Position numbers and translations under genes: made by a program. This document shows positions 25,101 through 38,042 of a stretch of 64,000 nt of DNA, piece by piece. The DNA lies in the NCBI GenBank assembly GCA_012295275.1, contig CM022671.1, forward strand, positions 12,462,001 through 12,526,000, written 5' to 3'. The DNA is from Chrysomallon squamiferum (taxonomy: Eukaryota > Animalia > Mollusca). Numbering within the stretch: position 1 is the stretch's first letter; every line of letters starts with the position of its first letter. A model generated the notes under the pieces. It searched no databases. It was not told the DNA's origin and worked only from the letters and a program-made list of their open reading frames with translations.

Positions 25101-28100
25101 AATCTGTGGTCATGTTGGTTGTGGTAGATATGTAGAACTTCATGCTTACAGGTAAAATTTTGGGTTATCTGCATACTAACAATTAAAACAAAAAATTTCT
25201 ATTCTCATAGGTGTCTTCTGTATGTATGTTTCCCATGAATACGTAAAATAATATGTTGATAATAAATAACTAATTTGTGATCATTATAACACTTCCTCAA
25301 TACTGCTTATTGCCAGTAACTGAGTTTGTCAGTATGATATAATTATTACTTGTTAGTATTCATTTCTTAATTTGAAAATCAAGAAAAATGCTTTGAATCA
25401 TTTCAATCTTTTTGTAAAGTACTTTGCTTTCTTAAGTTGTTTTTTAAACCTTTTTTCCATTTTTTGGTTTTCTTCTAAATATCATTTTCATTTAATTACT
25501 GTTTACATTTTTCATACTGATAAAAATATTAAATTTTATTTTTCTTCACACAGTATATGTAGTGGAAATAATTGACATTATTCAATTAATTTTATATTAT
25601 TTGTTATTTTAATTAATTTTTGTTACTGCAGACATTTCCAGGAAACAAATCACACATATGTGATGCAGCTGGGAAGTAATCAAGTATGGGATTATGCAGG
25701 AGATAATTATGTACATCGACTAGTACAAAACAAGTCAGATGGGAAGCTGGTCGAAGTAGACGAGGGAGGTAATCTTCTGAGAGAAGAAAAACTTGATTCT
25801 CTAACTTTAGAAGTAAGTTATTATTTTGAAATAAAAAATTAATAACTGTTCATTCATCCCTACGTTTAAAATAATGGTTAACATGATTTTTCTGAAAGTA
25901 CCATTATTGGATTGGATTAATCTTTAAACTGCAGTGGTGTTTCACTGGGTAAGGGAAAAAAATATGAACTATGGTTGATGTAGATGATCTCCCAGATATT
26001 GTATTGGATTAGTGAAAACATATTATGGTACACTGAAGAATCTATATCTCTGTGTGTTGTGAATGCTTACATTTTCTCTGAAGGTATATACGAGATTAAG
26101 TAATATTTATAGCATTAAGTGATATTTTGTTATAATGAATAAATGAAATTAACATGATAATCACTTGTTTTCAGTACACATATTTGTTAACAACACAGCT
26201 GGAATCTCAGAGACAGTATTTTGAAAAACAGATGCAGGTTGCTTTGAAAGAGGCTGATGAAAAGGTACAAAAATGTTCTTATTCATTTTAATTTTTTAAG
26301 CAATTTTTTTACTAAGAGTTTTCTTTTCTTTACCATTGTAATCGCATCTATCTATAAATAAAACATTTATAAACATCTGAAGAGCTTTCTTTCTTTCAAC
26401 AAATAAATCTAAAAAAGTATCAAGGAATAATAACAACACCTCACCACACAAAAAATACCCAAACAAAACAACAACAACAACAACAATAAAAATACATAAC
26501 AGTATGGAAAAGCATAACACAGAAATAATTAAGAAATAAAATAAATAAACACTCGCCCCACACCTTCCTGAAAATGCACCCATTCTAATATTATTTTTGG
26601 TAAAACCTTGATTAAACTGCATTTAATAATAATATTTAATTAAATATTTGTGTTTTTCAGGTTGAGGAAGCTCAAAGGAGATGGAGTGAAGCTACTAAAC
26701 AGTTGGAAGTTTTGGAGAATCACTTGGCTGATGTTACAAAGGAAAAGCAAGTACTGGACAAGAAATGTACACAGGTAGAATTTCTTTTTATTTAATTTTT
26801 TTTACATTGTCCGTAAAAAAATAATTTTTTTAATGATATCATGTAACAAATGCCTGCTTTATAAACAAGAAAAGCATCTTTTAAATGTTTTATTGAGACT
26901 GTTGTGATATTTAAATATTTGTACTTGTGAAATGTTGTATTGGTATGGACTTCTGTTGGTTTGCTATTGATAAACTTTGTGATGGTTGTAATCTGGTTCC
27001 AATATCATTCATATTTCTGATGGTTGAAATAATTTTATTTTGGTGTCACTCATATTTGTATATTTGTAATGGTTGTAATCTGTTTTCAGTATCACTCATC
27101 ATCATTATTATGCCGCTGTTGGGTTCTGAAGTTTGACAAAAGCCTTATTGTGTTGTTTTTACTTCTTCCTGTCTTTTTCTTATCTCTTAGTGTTGGTTGC
27201 ACATCTCTTAGTGGCGTTACACTGAATATCTGTTTTGGGTTGGTGTTCACTGCAGTATAACTCTGTCTAGAAATTATCTGTTCATTCTGTTATCTTTTCT
27301 TGTTGTGGTTATGTTCTCAAGTTCATGTAGAATCTCAAAATGATTTCATAGTTAAAGTTGGAATTCAGTCTTCATTTGTGTGATAGCTATTGTGTAGTTT
27401 TTTGTTCATTAACTTTTTCCTTTCACCACCTGTGTTCAGGTTGATTTTTCTCATTATCAGTGTTGTCTTCATTAATGATTTCTTTGTTTGAAAACATGGT
27501 ATTCATGGTTATATATGTTGCCCATTCTATCAACACGTAACTTCTTTTGTTTCTTGTGGTTAGACTAAATTTCATTTTTGCCATTTCTGTTGAGTTCATT
27601 TGTTTCTGTACTGGTGCTTTAAATGTTTCCATAACTATCATGAAATTGTTTACCTAATCATTTGACCAAATCATTATTTATTTCTTCTTTGAGTATGACA
27701 GTATTGTTGCATGTAATGAATTATCTTCAGTTGTGTCAGTATTGATTTATATTTTTGACTCAGAGATTTTAAAGACTTCCTGCTCATAGCTATTGACCAT
27801 AACTGATTGTGTGGACAAAAACTCATTTGAAGCTACTGGGGCCTGGGGTCCTTGATTTGTAGAACTTAGCATGTTGGATTCTTTAGCCTACCATTCAATG
27901 CTGGCCAGTGCAAGTTGTAAGTGGACAGCATTACTGGGTAAACAAAGCTGCACAAACTTTGACCATGGTGTGAATATCAAACAGCCAGCACTGGAATTCT
28001 AACCACTTGACCACAGTGTCAGCATCACTTACAGTTCTATATTTGCTATATGTTTTCAGCATCACTAATGATTTTACAATATTTTCAGTACATGTTGTGA

Positions 28101-28782
28101 TTTATTTTCAGTATCATTCAAGACTTGTGAAAGTTTTGAAAAACCTGCAGGAAGAAAAGGACATGAACCAATGTCTCCGTGACAACCAGCAGCTGTGGCA
28201 GGAAAAAGTGACCAGTCTGGAGAAAAAAGTTGATCAGATTTCCCAGGAAAAGGACAAGGTTTGAGTGTTAAACATTTTCTTCAGCATTAAATTTCTTTAG
28301 TGTGCAGTAAAATCAAAAAGTGAAGTTGTAGATTTGTTTTGATTTTTTTTTTAAAATAAATTGTACAGGTACAGATAACATCAAACATTAATGATTATAT
28401 TTTATAAAAATATTTTTTTAGAGATACTTTTTCTCTGTCAGTACTTAAATCACTTTCTCTAATATTAGAAATATTATTAGTGTGTTTGTTTGGCTGCTTA
28501 AAAGTTGGAAAATACATTGGATAATTTATTCTTCATTAATTTGTTACTTAATCTTTTTCATCTTTATTTCTTTATCTATTTCTTTATTTATTTTGCCATC
28601 AGCAAATACAAGAGCTGAAAGAACAACTTAGAGACATTATGTTTTATCTGGAGGCACAGAACACTTTGTCGACAAACAAGGAGGTGTCACAGGAGGAGAT
28701 CCAGGAAGGTCAGGTCATAGTAGGAGCTGCTGCTTCTTCAGGAAAGAAAGCAAGAAAAAAGCCAGGTGATAAACTGAGATGA
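19177..28782 (+). CDS. BRAP: BRCA1-associated protein (BRAP/IMP), RING-H2 plus ZnF-UBP E3 ubiquitin ligase, about 658 aa
   Basis: 15 exons: 19177-19255, 19842-20027, 20980-21370, 21703-21813, 22108-22198, 22301-22414, 23899-23964, 24305-24387, 24607-24682, 25084-25151, 25632-25812, 26175-26264, 26661-26774, 28112-28258, 28603-28782 (1977 nt, frame continuous). Diagnostic peptides: [132 protein letters not shown]. Confidence 0.97.
26900..27800 (-). mobile_element. Decayed non-LTR retrotransposon fragment (APE endonuclease-like, probably RTE-type) in a BRAP intron
   Basis: Minus-strand peptide IVMETFKA...[31 protein letters not shown]...EKNQ resembles the LINE endonuclease pattern I(I/V)MGDFNA...GKFGLGxRNERGxxLxEW...IxNTFF...KNQID, with stops and frameshifts around it. 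Boundaries approximate. Confidence 0.5.
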
Positions 28783-30620
28783 TAGAAAAGTGTTTTTTCC
28801 ATAAATGTAAGCAGAGTTTGTCTTTTAGTCCTGTCATGTAAGTGAAGTATTTATTGTGAAAATAATACTGAATCCAGTTTAAAATGACATCTTGTCTGAT
28901 GAAAGAGAAACTTCCATATACAAAGAAAAAAAAGAACTGAAGCAATATTATATGATATTTTGCTTTTTGTCTGTTTAAGCCAAAATACTGGAAAAAACAT
29001 TTTGTTCAGTTTGTACAATCTTGTTTAATAAATGATTCTGATTTTGAAACTGTTTCAATAATTTAAAATGATTTTGGTTTTTTAATACTTTCTTTCTTTT
29101 TTCTTTATTATTATTATTATTTTTTTTTTGTATGAAAACAAACGTTTTAAGAAGCCAAAATATATTTATAATTATTATTTGTTTTCATTTGGAAACAAAA
29201 ATATTTAACACTGATCAGTATAGTGGTAAATATATTGCCTCTGTGGATTATGAATGTTAGGTGCAAGTTGATTGATAATATAATACTAAACTTGTTGAAA
29301 CAGTTTGGTAAAATGTCATCATTCTCGGAATGGTGGACAAAATGTCATGAAAAGAAAATGTAAATTTATTCAGTTCTGCTAGAATCGTTTTCTTTCATAT
29401 TCATAAAACAGATGAATTATTTGTTATTTTTTATTTGTCTGTCTGTCTATCTCTCTACCTACCTATCTATGTATCTATCTATCTATCCATCTATCTATCT
29501 CTTTCACTTTATCTAGCTATCTATATACAAATAGCAGTATAATAATTTTAAAATGTAGGATCCAAGGTGGTTATTGTTAAATGTTTTTTCAGTATTAGCA
29601 ATGTTTCATGAACAGAAAATAAACTTCACTACTCACACATACTATAAAAAATAAAAAATAAAAAATGAAGAAACAAATTGTGAAACTTGATTAGGATCTG
29701 GCCCAATAGCAATGCAGCCAGTACAGAAATAAAGGAAAGTATATTTTTAAGACAGTTGTTCCATTTACATTTTGTGTCTTTTTTGGAGAGTAGATACAGA
29801 ACTTAATATACTAGTTTTAATAATAAGTGAATAAATAAATAAAATAATGCAAAACTATAATTAAAAGAAAGAAAAAAAATGTTTTCCTTTTCTAGTCAAA
29901 TGAAAATCATTGTCAGATAATGGATTGAAAAATATATAGGAATACATGTAAAACAGTGTTATGTTGATTGTTCATGTATAAATAATTATTCAGATTTCAT
30001 TAAATTTATTTAATTTCTTAAAAGTTATTTTAGTTATTGTTGTAACTACGTATTTTTTACCTTTTTAAAATTATGATGATGATTATTATTTTTTGTTTGT
30101 ACGCTATTATTACATCAATTGGTTTATTGCTATATATGTTATTATAATTTGTCTGTGATAATTTGCTATATATGTTTTTGTTATTCTCAGATCATGGAGT
30201 GATGGAAATACATCGTTATTTTTTTGTCGATCACAAAAAACATTCGTTTTATGTCTATTATGCAGTGGATAACAGCATTTTCTTTCTAACCCCATGAATG
30301 TGATACAAATTATGTTATTATCCATAGTTCAGTCTTTAAAATTTTATAAAATGTATTGTACAGTCTTCTTCTTATTTGTTTTATAAAATTACTGATAATT
30401 TTGTTTATTATTTTAATTTAAAGTGTACTTTTGATGGTGAATGAACATGTTATATGCTTCTAAAATATTGTTTTGTCTGATACTAGCATCAAATCATTGT
30501 TCATATCAAAGTTTGAAAAAAAAAAGAAGATAAAACAAAATAATAAGCTTACACTGGACTGATGGCAATATTTCGGCATTGTGTTGTGTTATCATATTGA
30601 ATATAGAAATATTTAATCAA

Positions 30621-30661
<41 letters not shown>

Positions 30662-30676
30662 GAATAAGAATAGCGG

Positions 30677-30730
<54 letters not shown>

Positions 30731-30731
30731 G
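30621..30731. repeat. (AAT)n microsatellite, interrupted
   Basis: Trinucleotide runs producing spurious poly-L and poly-I ORFs. Confidence 0.9.
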
Positions 30732-31593
30732 TAATAGTAAAGGAAAATGCCTGTTCATCTGATTAAATAATTGCAACGATTGCGAATCAGAAATGCAGAA
30801 ATAGTAAAATTGAGAACTACAAATTAATTTTATGAGTACTGCAATTAATTTTGAAAACTCACTCTCGATTCCCCTATGATCTAAAATAAACAATATCTTA
30901 AACAATATCTAAAATAATTAATTATCTTGAATGAATCCAAGCATGGGTGGATTCAATATGGCCCAATCATGTTTCAGATTTTATTCTTATAATACTGACC
31001 TAAATACATGAGAGAATCTGAAATATTTCGAGTTAATTCCTGAAACATAACACCTGATTAATACTAGAAAAATCGGCTTCAAGCGACACTGGCATCAGTA
31101 GTCATATGTATAATTAATTACTGGCAGTTAGCGTTCTGTAGATAACAAAAAAAAAAAAAAAAAAAAATTAAGACAACTTTCAAATCTGACCAGAAACAAA
31201 GCAAAATCTGAGATTTTATATGGCGGTAAAAACACAAAAAAAAAAAAACAACAAAAACCAGACGATATTTTGTTTAATTTACATTTAAACAAATATATAT
31301 ATATATACCTTTCAGCTCGGAGGAATATCTACATTTTTTAAACTAAATATTAATTATCGTCAAATGTCCAGTTCATCTTAGTCAAGTCACAGAAAAGAGA
31401 GGATAATTTTCATTTCTACAAGATATAAAAGAGAACATTCCTAATCAACAGGTTAAAATATTTGTTACGTAATACTTAATATATCATAAATTACGTGATA
31501 TGTGATTAAATCTATAATGAAGTCAACTACATTGTATTCCTTGACTGATAAACTCAACTTCTGAGTTGCATTTAATCAAGATTCATCTATTTC

Positions 31594-32724
31594 TTAATCG
31601 GTACAGTTTACATCACGAAAGAGAGCTGCGGTATATATATCTTCAATCAGACTACATATATCATTAGCTGTTGGTCTGTCTCTCGGATCCATCATATAAC
31701 AGCTGTCAATAGCCGGTATGATCGAGTCTAGATTCGTGAACACTCGTATTTCATCCAGGATGTAGCCCAAACTGTACACATCAGAACTTTTAGACGTCTG
31801 TTCACCCATACGAACTTCTGGCGCAAGATGCAAAAAGTCTTCCAGGTCCAGCGCGGTATTAAATTTCATTCCTGTCTTGAAAGTTGCCATTCCCATATCG
31901 CAATATTTGACTCTTGTGTCTTCAAGGCCGTTGTCTAGTAAGATGTTGTTAGGTTTGATGTCGTTAAGAAGAATGCCAAGCTGGTGAATCGCGTAAAGAC
32001 CTTCAGCCAGTTGTCGCGCCAAATTAATCAATCGACTTTCTGGAAGCGACTTCTTCTGCCAAAGGAACTTTTCCAGATTCAAACCATCTCCAAAAAATTC
32101 TTGGACTATACCATATGAATTGCTGATGATGCTGCCAAACTGCACCAGGCCATAGCAGTAAGGAACGTAACCCGTTACCTGAAGGTACAGCAAAACGCGG
32201 GCCTCCTGATATATGTCCCATTTATTAGCTAGTCGAAGGTTGAATTCTTTCACAGCCACAAGCTGCTGTTTTTCGAGCTTCGTCAGTCTAGCTAAAAACA
32301 CCCTTCCAAAACTGCCAATACCTATTATTTTGGGCATCACACCGTCTTCGTCCATTTCGTATGTAATATCGCAACTTCGTATTCGCGGTGGATCCACTTC
32401 ATAGAAGCAGAGAGGGGCAACTTCTCTCGAGTGTTTGGCAGTATGATGGTTGGATTTCGAAGGCTGGTGACTGCGATGACAATAACGTGAACGGCTGTAC
32501 CCCGTATTACAAGCCGAGTCTTTTACAACACACGACGTGGAAGACGCGTGCATGAACGCTCCTGGGGATACTGAGTGCATTGGGAAGACGGTAATACTTT
32601 GATTACACGTGCAGGCGTCTCTCGGTTTTGCTTCATAGGCATCTTTATTTTCATATTTGTTATCATCTTTGTCGTAGATTTGTACACATGCTGAATCGTT
32701 AAAATCTCCTTTTCCTTCGCACAT
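31594..32724 (-). CDS. Atypical Ser/Thr-type protein kinase, single coding exon (about 376 aa from the first in-frame ATG)
   Basis: Gly loop IGIGSFGRV, VAVK, helix-C QEA, catalytic loop LLNDIKPNNILL, DMG, LAPE, SDVYSLG, C-terminal DPRDRPT. Acceptor tgtgccttcaag| at 32802-32800; first in-frame ATG at 32724 (the ORF track starts at a TTG). Candidate upstream non-coding exon with GTAAGA donor at 33299. Confidence 0.88.
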   Translation of the reverse strand: MCEGKGDFNDSACVQIYDKDDNKYENKDAYEAKPRDACTCNQSITVFPMHSVSPGAFMHASSTSCVVKDSACNTGYSRSRYCHRSHQPSKSNHHTAKHSREVAPLCFYEVDPPRIRSCDITYEMDEDGVMPKIIGIGSFGRVFLARLTKLEKQQLVAVKEFNLRLANKWDIYQEARVLLYLQVTGYVPYCYGLVQFGSIISNSYGIVQEFFGDGLNLEKFLWQKKSLPESRLINLARQLAEGLYAIHQLGILLNDIKPNNILLDNGLEDTRVKYCDMGMATFKTGMKFNTALDLEDFLHLAPEVRMGEQTSKSSDVYSLGYILDEIRVFTNLDSIIPAIDSCYMMDPRDRPTANDICSLIEDIYTAALFRDVNCTD

Positions 32725-33342
32725 AGTATCTACGAACAACGTCCTTTCAGACTGGCACTTAAGGTAGGTGCATGGCTTGAAAAGAATGTATGACAATACC
32801 TTGAAGGCACAATAAAAAGAAATCTAAATAATTGGGACTAAATATTCATATTTTTAAAAATAATTACATTCCTTCAGACTTGTTCAAGTAACGAACCATC
32901 TTGTGAAATTCTCCATGTGCAACATTTAAAAAAAGTTTGATAACTGAAAAATAAAATAAACTATTCTTATTATGATCACAAAGGCTGTCGTTAGAAATAT
33001 CGGAGAAATAATTTAATAATGGTATAGCAGCTTTCTAATAATAATGTCAGTATATATGGAAGGAGATTTATTTTATAAGTACTTTATCTTTTACATAAGA
33101 AAATTTAAGTTAAAACTGCTATCCGACATCAACACACTTTCCGCATCAATGGAATAAATACGATAAAGGATTTATAAAATGAATAATTAAAAATATATTT
33201 TCATGTAAAAAATAAAAAGAAGAGAAAAGAATGGCAATTATTGCATTTTGTTTTGAATACTGTATTTATTAATGTTACGGTGACATTGCATTTTCTTACC
33301 TATTACCGGATCTCGTTGTTAATTATTATCCACGGTAAATTT

Positions 33343-33368
33343 AATGACGTCATTGTGTCTGACGTCAG
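33343..33368. promoter_or_regulatory. Tandem pair of perfect CRE palindromes near the putative kinase 5' end
   Basis: TGACGTCA at 33345-33352 (within AATGACGTCATT) and at 33360-33367 (within CTGACGTCAG). Confidence 0.55.
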
Positions 33369-34109
33369 CCGTCGCCGAGACAGGTGAAAAAATAAAAATT
33401 ACATTCATAAACTGCATACATAAATAAATATAAATCTTTCCAACCTCCTCGTACCATTATTATACACCTTCCTTAGTCGCAACGTTTCCCGTGTAAGGGA
33501 GCCAGTTTAAATTGCATCGTATTAAGCGGACCACTTTCATATGTGCTTGTGGTTTCGGTTGAAGGACGGCCCTCTGTCGGCAAGTGGTACTAAACTTGGG
33601 TAACCTATATCGGCTTGCTATGATGTTGGCTCAGTCTAAAGAGTAGACCTTTGACGGCAGAAAGATAACCATATAAAAGAGATAAAATAAAAAGCTTTGA
33701 AAGATAATAAATAAATTACTCTGTTACGACTACGATGACGTTGAAGCGATAAATGCTCATACGTGAATTCTTTACAGAAGTTACGCCAGTCATGTCTTCC
33801 ATATGAAACATATCAAACACACTATCAGCCAACACAAGATATTTAAATATCAGTGTTAATTCTACAGAAATGGAAAATGAAACACATATCTTTGATTAAT
33901 ATGCTTTACTTTTAGGTTTAAATAAAAATTAAAATTAAATAAACATGAATAATATTATTTTACAAATAAAATTTTATTTTATCTCATTCATATGGTTTTC
34001 TTTCTGTATCTAGTATTTCTTAACTAGACCTTTGTCAGACTCTATGATGTATTTTTAGACTTCAGGATATTAATAAACTCTGAAGTGTATAATAATAATA
34101 AATAAATAA

Positions 34110-34145
<36 letters not shown>

Positions 34146-36685
34146 AATAATAAATAAATTAAAAACGAAAATAAAATAAAAAAGAAAAATAATTAAATAG
34201 TAGTAGTAGTAGTACTACTTTTTAAATAACAATGGCAATATTTTATTCATCTTATGATAATAACAAAGCAGTTTCTTGATTACCGCGTATCAGGTATTTA
34301 TTTAACTGTTTTATTAATATATTTATTATTAATATTATTTAAACCTCTTTAAGAAGTGTATACATTTACTTCTTACTTACGTTCGCCACTCTCATGTTTC
34401 ACAACATTAACTATTTATTTATTATAAAAACAACAAACAAAACCAAAAACGTACTTTATTACAACGTACATACCAATTATAAAACCATGTTTTTTCTTCT
34501 TATTATTAGTCTATCAGCTTATCGTAACCTTTTTAAAAAATATTTATTATTATTTTTTATTCTCATTTTTTTATTTATTTATTAAATTTTATTTAGTTCA
34601 GGAATTACGTGCTAAAGATAATGATAAAATAATACCAGTATTTATAATCGAGAGAAAAATTGTATTTATAATAATGATGATGGTGATGATGATGATGATG
34701 ATGATGATAATAATAATAAAAACACGTAGAATGTTATGGGTTTTGGGGTTTTTTTTAAGCGAAAATGTTTCGCTATGCATTGCAAAAAATATTATCAACC
34801 ACTGTATGTAACTCTAATTTTTTAATACAACAGGTTTTACCGAAATCTGTTCGAAGACTAACATGTATAACCCGGAAATTGCTGTAATTATATAAAGTAC
34901 GGTATTTTAGTACTACATTAATCTTTAAAAAGTACAGTAATAAAAAGTATTATAATATAATAATACAGAACACAGGTCATCAGTTAAATCATTTATTTAA
35001 AAACAATAATTTTCTATAAGATTCCTGAAAATATACATGGACGCCAAATATAATCAGTTTTTTTTCCTTCTGAAAGATAAAATATTTTACAATTTCTTTG
35101 ATTGATTAATTAATTTATTTCTATGTACGTGTAATCAGAATTATACATTTTTCAGGCAGTTGTGACCTTTGATCAGGCAGCCACGTTATGGCTTCCATTA
35201 ACAGATCTTCCCAACGTCTAATATCTACACAAAGGTGCAAGAATTTGACAATATGGGAAACTTACTAGGTGATCATAAACTAATTCTAAGCAAAATTGGA
35301 AAATAAATAAGTAAATAAAATTAAAAGTACAACAAAAGCCCCACCAGAAAGACCTGAAGTTGCAGGTTTACGTAATTAAAATAACCTGAGAACTACATAG
35401 TCGTTCTCTCCACTCTGGTCCTGTATTAATATGTTAATAGCAGCAGGACGTAGCGTCAAGATAAAATACATTACTTCATCTGTCTCATCAACAAATATTT
35501 TTGATTTTGGGCGAAATCGCATTTTCTTTTCATTTCACCTAACTTGTAAAACATAATCATGGTCAGTAACATTATAACGTGAAAAATAGTGTGTGTGTGT
35601 AGATATGTACGCACACACACACAAGTAGAAAATGCATTTGTTTCTTTATTCATTTCTTGTAGAAGTTTTACTCATAACAACAAAAACAAAATCCATCAGC
35701 CTTGTATCATACATAAATGATGTATTAACGTGTTAGAAAAACGCTACTGCAAATCTCTCTTTAGGACGATTACTAGCGGGGGCACGACTGAAACTCTTTC
35801 ATCAAAAACAGTGATATGTTACAAGATAACCAATACTAAGTCAGTTTAGATGTAAGATGTTGTTCAGTATTAATTAGGTGCCTCTTCCTCCCTTTCAATA
35901 GCTAGATAAACTGGTGACATACTCAGATCGATTAGAATGATATATCATAAATTATAACTCGATCAATAGTACAATCATGATGATGATGATACAAAGTGAT
36001 CAGGCACGGTAACAGATATTTAATTAACACCTATGTGGTTACTGCAATACACGATTAACGTACACGAAGCGTAGATGTTGTTTTATTGTGATCCAAGTCG
36101 AAACTGTAGAATGAACTAAACTTCTTTATTATTCTTTGGCTTGGCTGTCATTTAGCAGGAATACAATAATTAATGAGTTCACACAAGTAAAAGAAAAATA
36201 AACTAATGTGCATATTAAAGCAATAAAAGCACACAACACTTCATATCTTACTGTTAGTAAATGAAAAGATAGGGTTAAGTTAAATTAACAAGTGAATGAA
36301 AATAGTTGCAGTCTCTTTAAATAAATTCACCTGACAGCGTTTAATAGGTGTATGTGATTTAATACTAAGTTAACAGAAATTCATAGGTTACCAAAAACGT
36401 TTTGCATTGGTGAATGAACAATTCTACTATTAAGGAAATCCTATATAACTAAATATGTGTTTATTTTTGGTTTGTTATATACGTGAAATATTGTAAGTTT
36501 TTTTGCTGCAGTGTCAGAAGTGTTCTGTTGTGTTTCTAGTGAACTTAAATGTGCTAATTAATAGTTCTTACCCCTGGTAACTGTTAATTATGTTTATAGA
36601 TAGAAAACATTTTGAATAGTAAGTGTTTTGTTTGGGTAAAATCCTTATGACATCTTTATTTATTTATTAATTAATTATTATTATT

Positions 36686-36687
36686 AT

Positions 36688-36756
<69 letters not shown>
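36686..36756. repeat. (TAC)n microsatellite
   Basis: Trinucleotide run. Confidence 0.95.
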
Positions 36757-37512
36757 GCTGATGAGCCAATATAGTTAGATGCGCTGTAAGAGAACTTGCT
36801 GGGCCGTATATCGATATTCCACTATAAAAAATAAATATCAAAATATAATGAAATAAAAATAAAATAATAATAATAATAATCCGATATAATTAACTTAATT
36901 ATTAAATGGTGGCTGCATTATATTTTATGCTAATCATTTCAAACTATTTAGAAAATTATAGTAGTTTATTTAAAGAACCATTAACGAAGTTTGCTGGTGC
37001 GGTTCCATGATTTGAGAAAAAAGGACTGACAGACCGATAAAGGTGCACAATTGTCTATCGAGGCTCTTATTTGATCTGCATATCTCTTTAAAAACTATTT
37101 TCATTTCATTCCAGGTCCTTAATCAGTAACGCTGACTGGGAGTGTTTTTGATTTTAATTTGTATTAATTTTATTGCTTTCTGTTTATTTCTTTATTTTTG
37201 TTTTTTGTTTGTTTTATTATCAGGCAATACTTTTAAATCACAGTTAAAATCACAGTTAATTTTGTTAGGTTGTTTTAAACAATCGAGATGAACAATGCTA
37301 TCGATTTTTACATCATTTCATATATCAAAACGAAGACAAAGATAATTTATTCGTAAATTCAAAAAGTACTGAATACTATTTAAGTCTCGATAAAATTAAC
37401 AGTCGTCTGATTTTTGCATAATATAAGAAAACAATGCGAGAGAGGAAACTCACTGACCCACTCGGTACTCTTACTGCTCAGCAGAAAGGAATCTTTTAAC
37501 GGCCCATTGACC

Positions 37513-37566
<54 letters not shown>

Positions 37567-37947
37567 GTAAATAAATAAAAATAAATAAATTAAAATGATA
37601 AATCTCTCCAAACCTCCAAACAAACGAATAAAGAAAAAAATGAAAATCTAAGTATTTCATAAACTAATCGATGCACACTGGATGGAACAGCAAAACGACT
37701 TCAAAGTGTAAGTTACAAACGCATTAATAATTTTGTTTAATATACGTCATCCAATACCTGCGGCATTTTTCCTCTGTCAAGATTATTTTTTTTCCCATTT
37801 ATATATCTCGTACTAATTAAAGGGAAAATGCAGTAACATCATTTGTTATTCCAGTAATCAAAAATAACAGAATATGTATCTAACAATCATTAATAAATAA
37901 AGGTGTGTCGATGTTGCAGAATGTTTGCATCAAATGCTATGCGTCGT

Positions 37948-38042
37948 AATGTCCACAGCCTAATGTAAGAAAGAATGTCCACAGCCTAATGTAAGAATGA
38001 ATGGACTCAGCCTAATGTAAGAATGAATGGACTCAGCCTAAT
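37948..38042. repeat. 26-bp minisatellite, about 3.7 copies
   Basis: aatgtccacagcctaatgtaagaaWg twice, then aatggactcagcctaatgtaagaatg about 1.7 times. Confidence 0.9.

Noticed and set aside
30549-30905. Poly-L, poly-I or poly-N ORFs (also 42408-42627, 49110-49427, 52120-52485, 61181-61399)
   Set aside because: Trinucleotide microsatellite or low-complexity artefacts without splice or codon support.
37436-37512. Decayed SINE-like fragments (also near 27830-28020 and 60350-60430)
   Set aside because: Resemblance to gastropod interspersed repeats is from memory only; too degenerate to delimit or classify without a repeat library.
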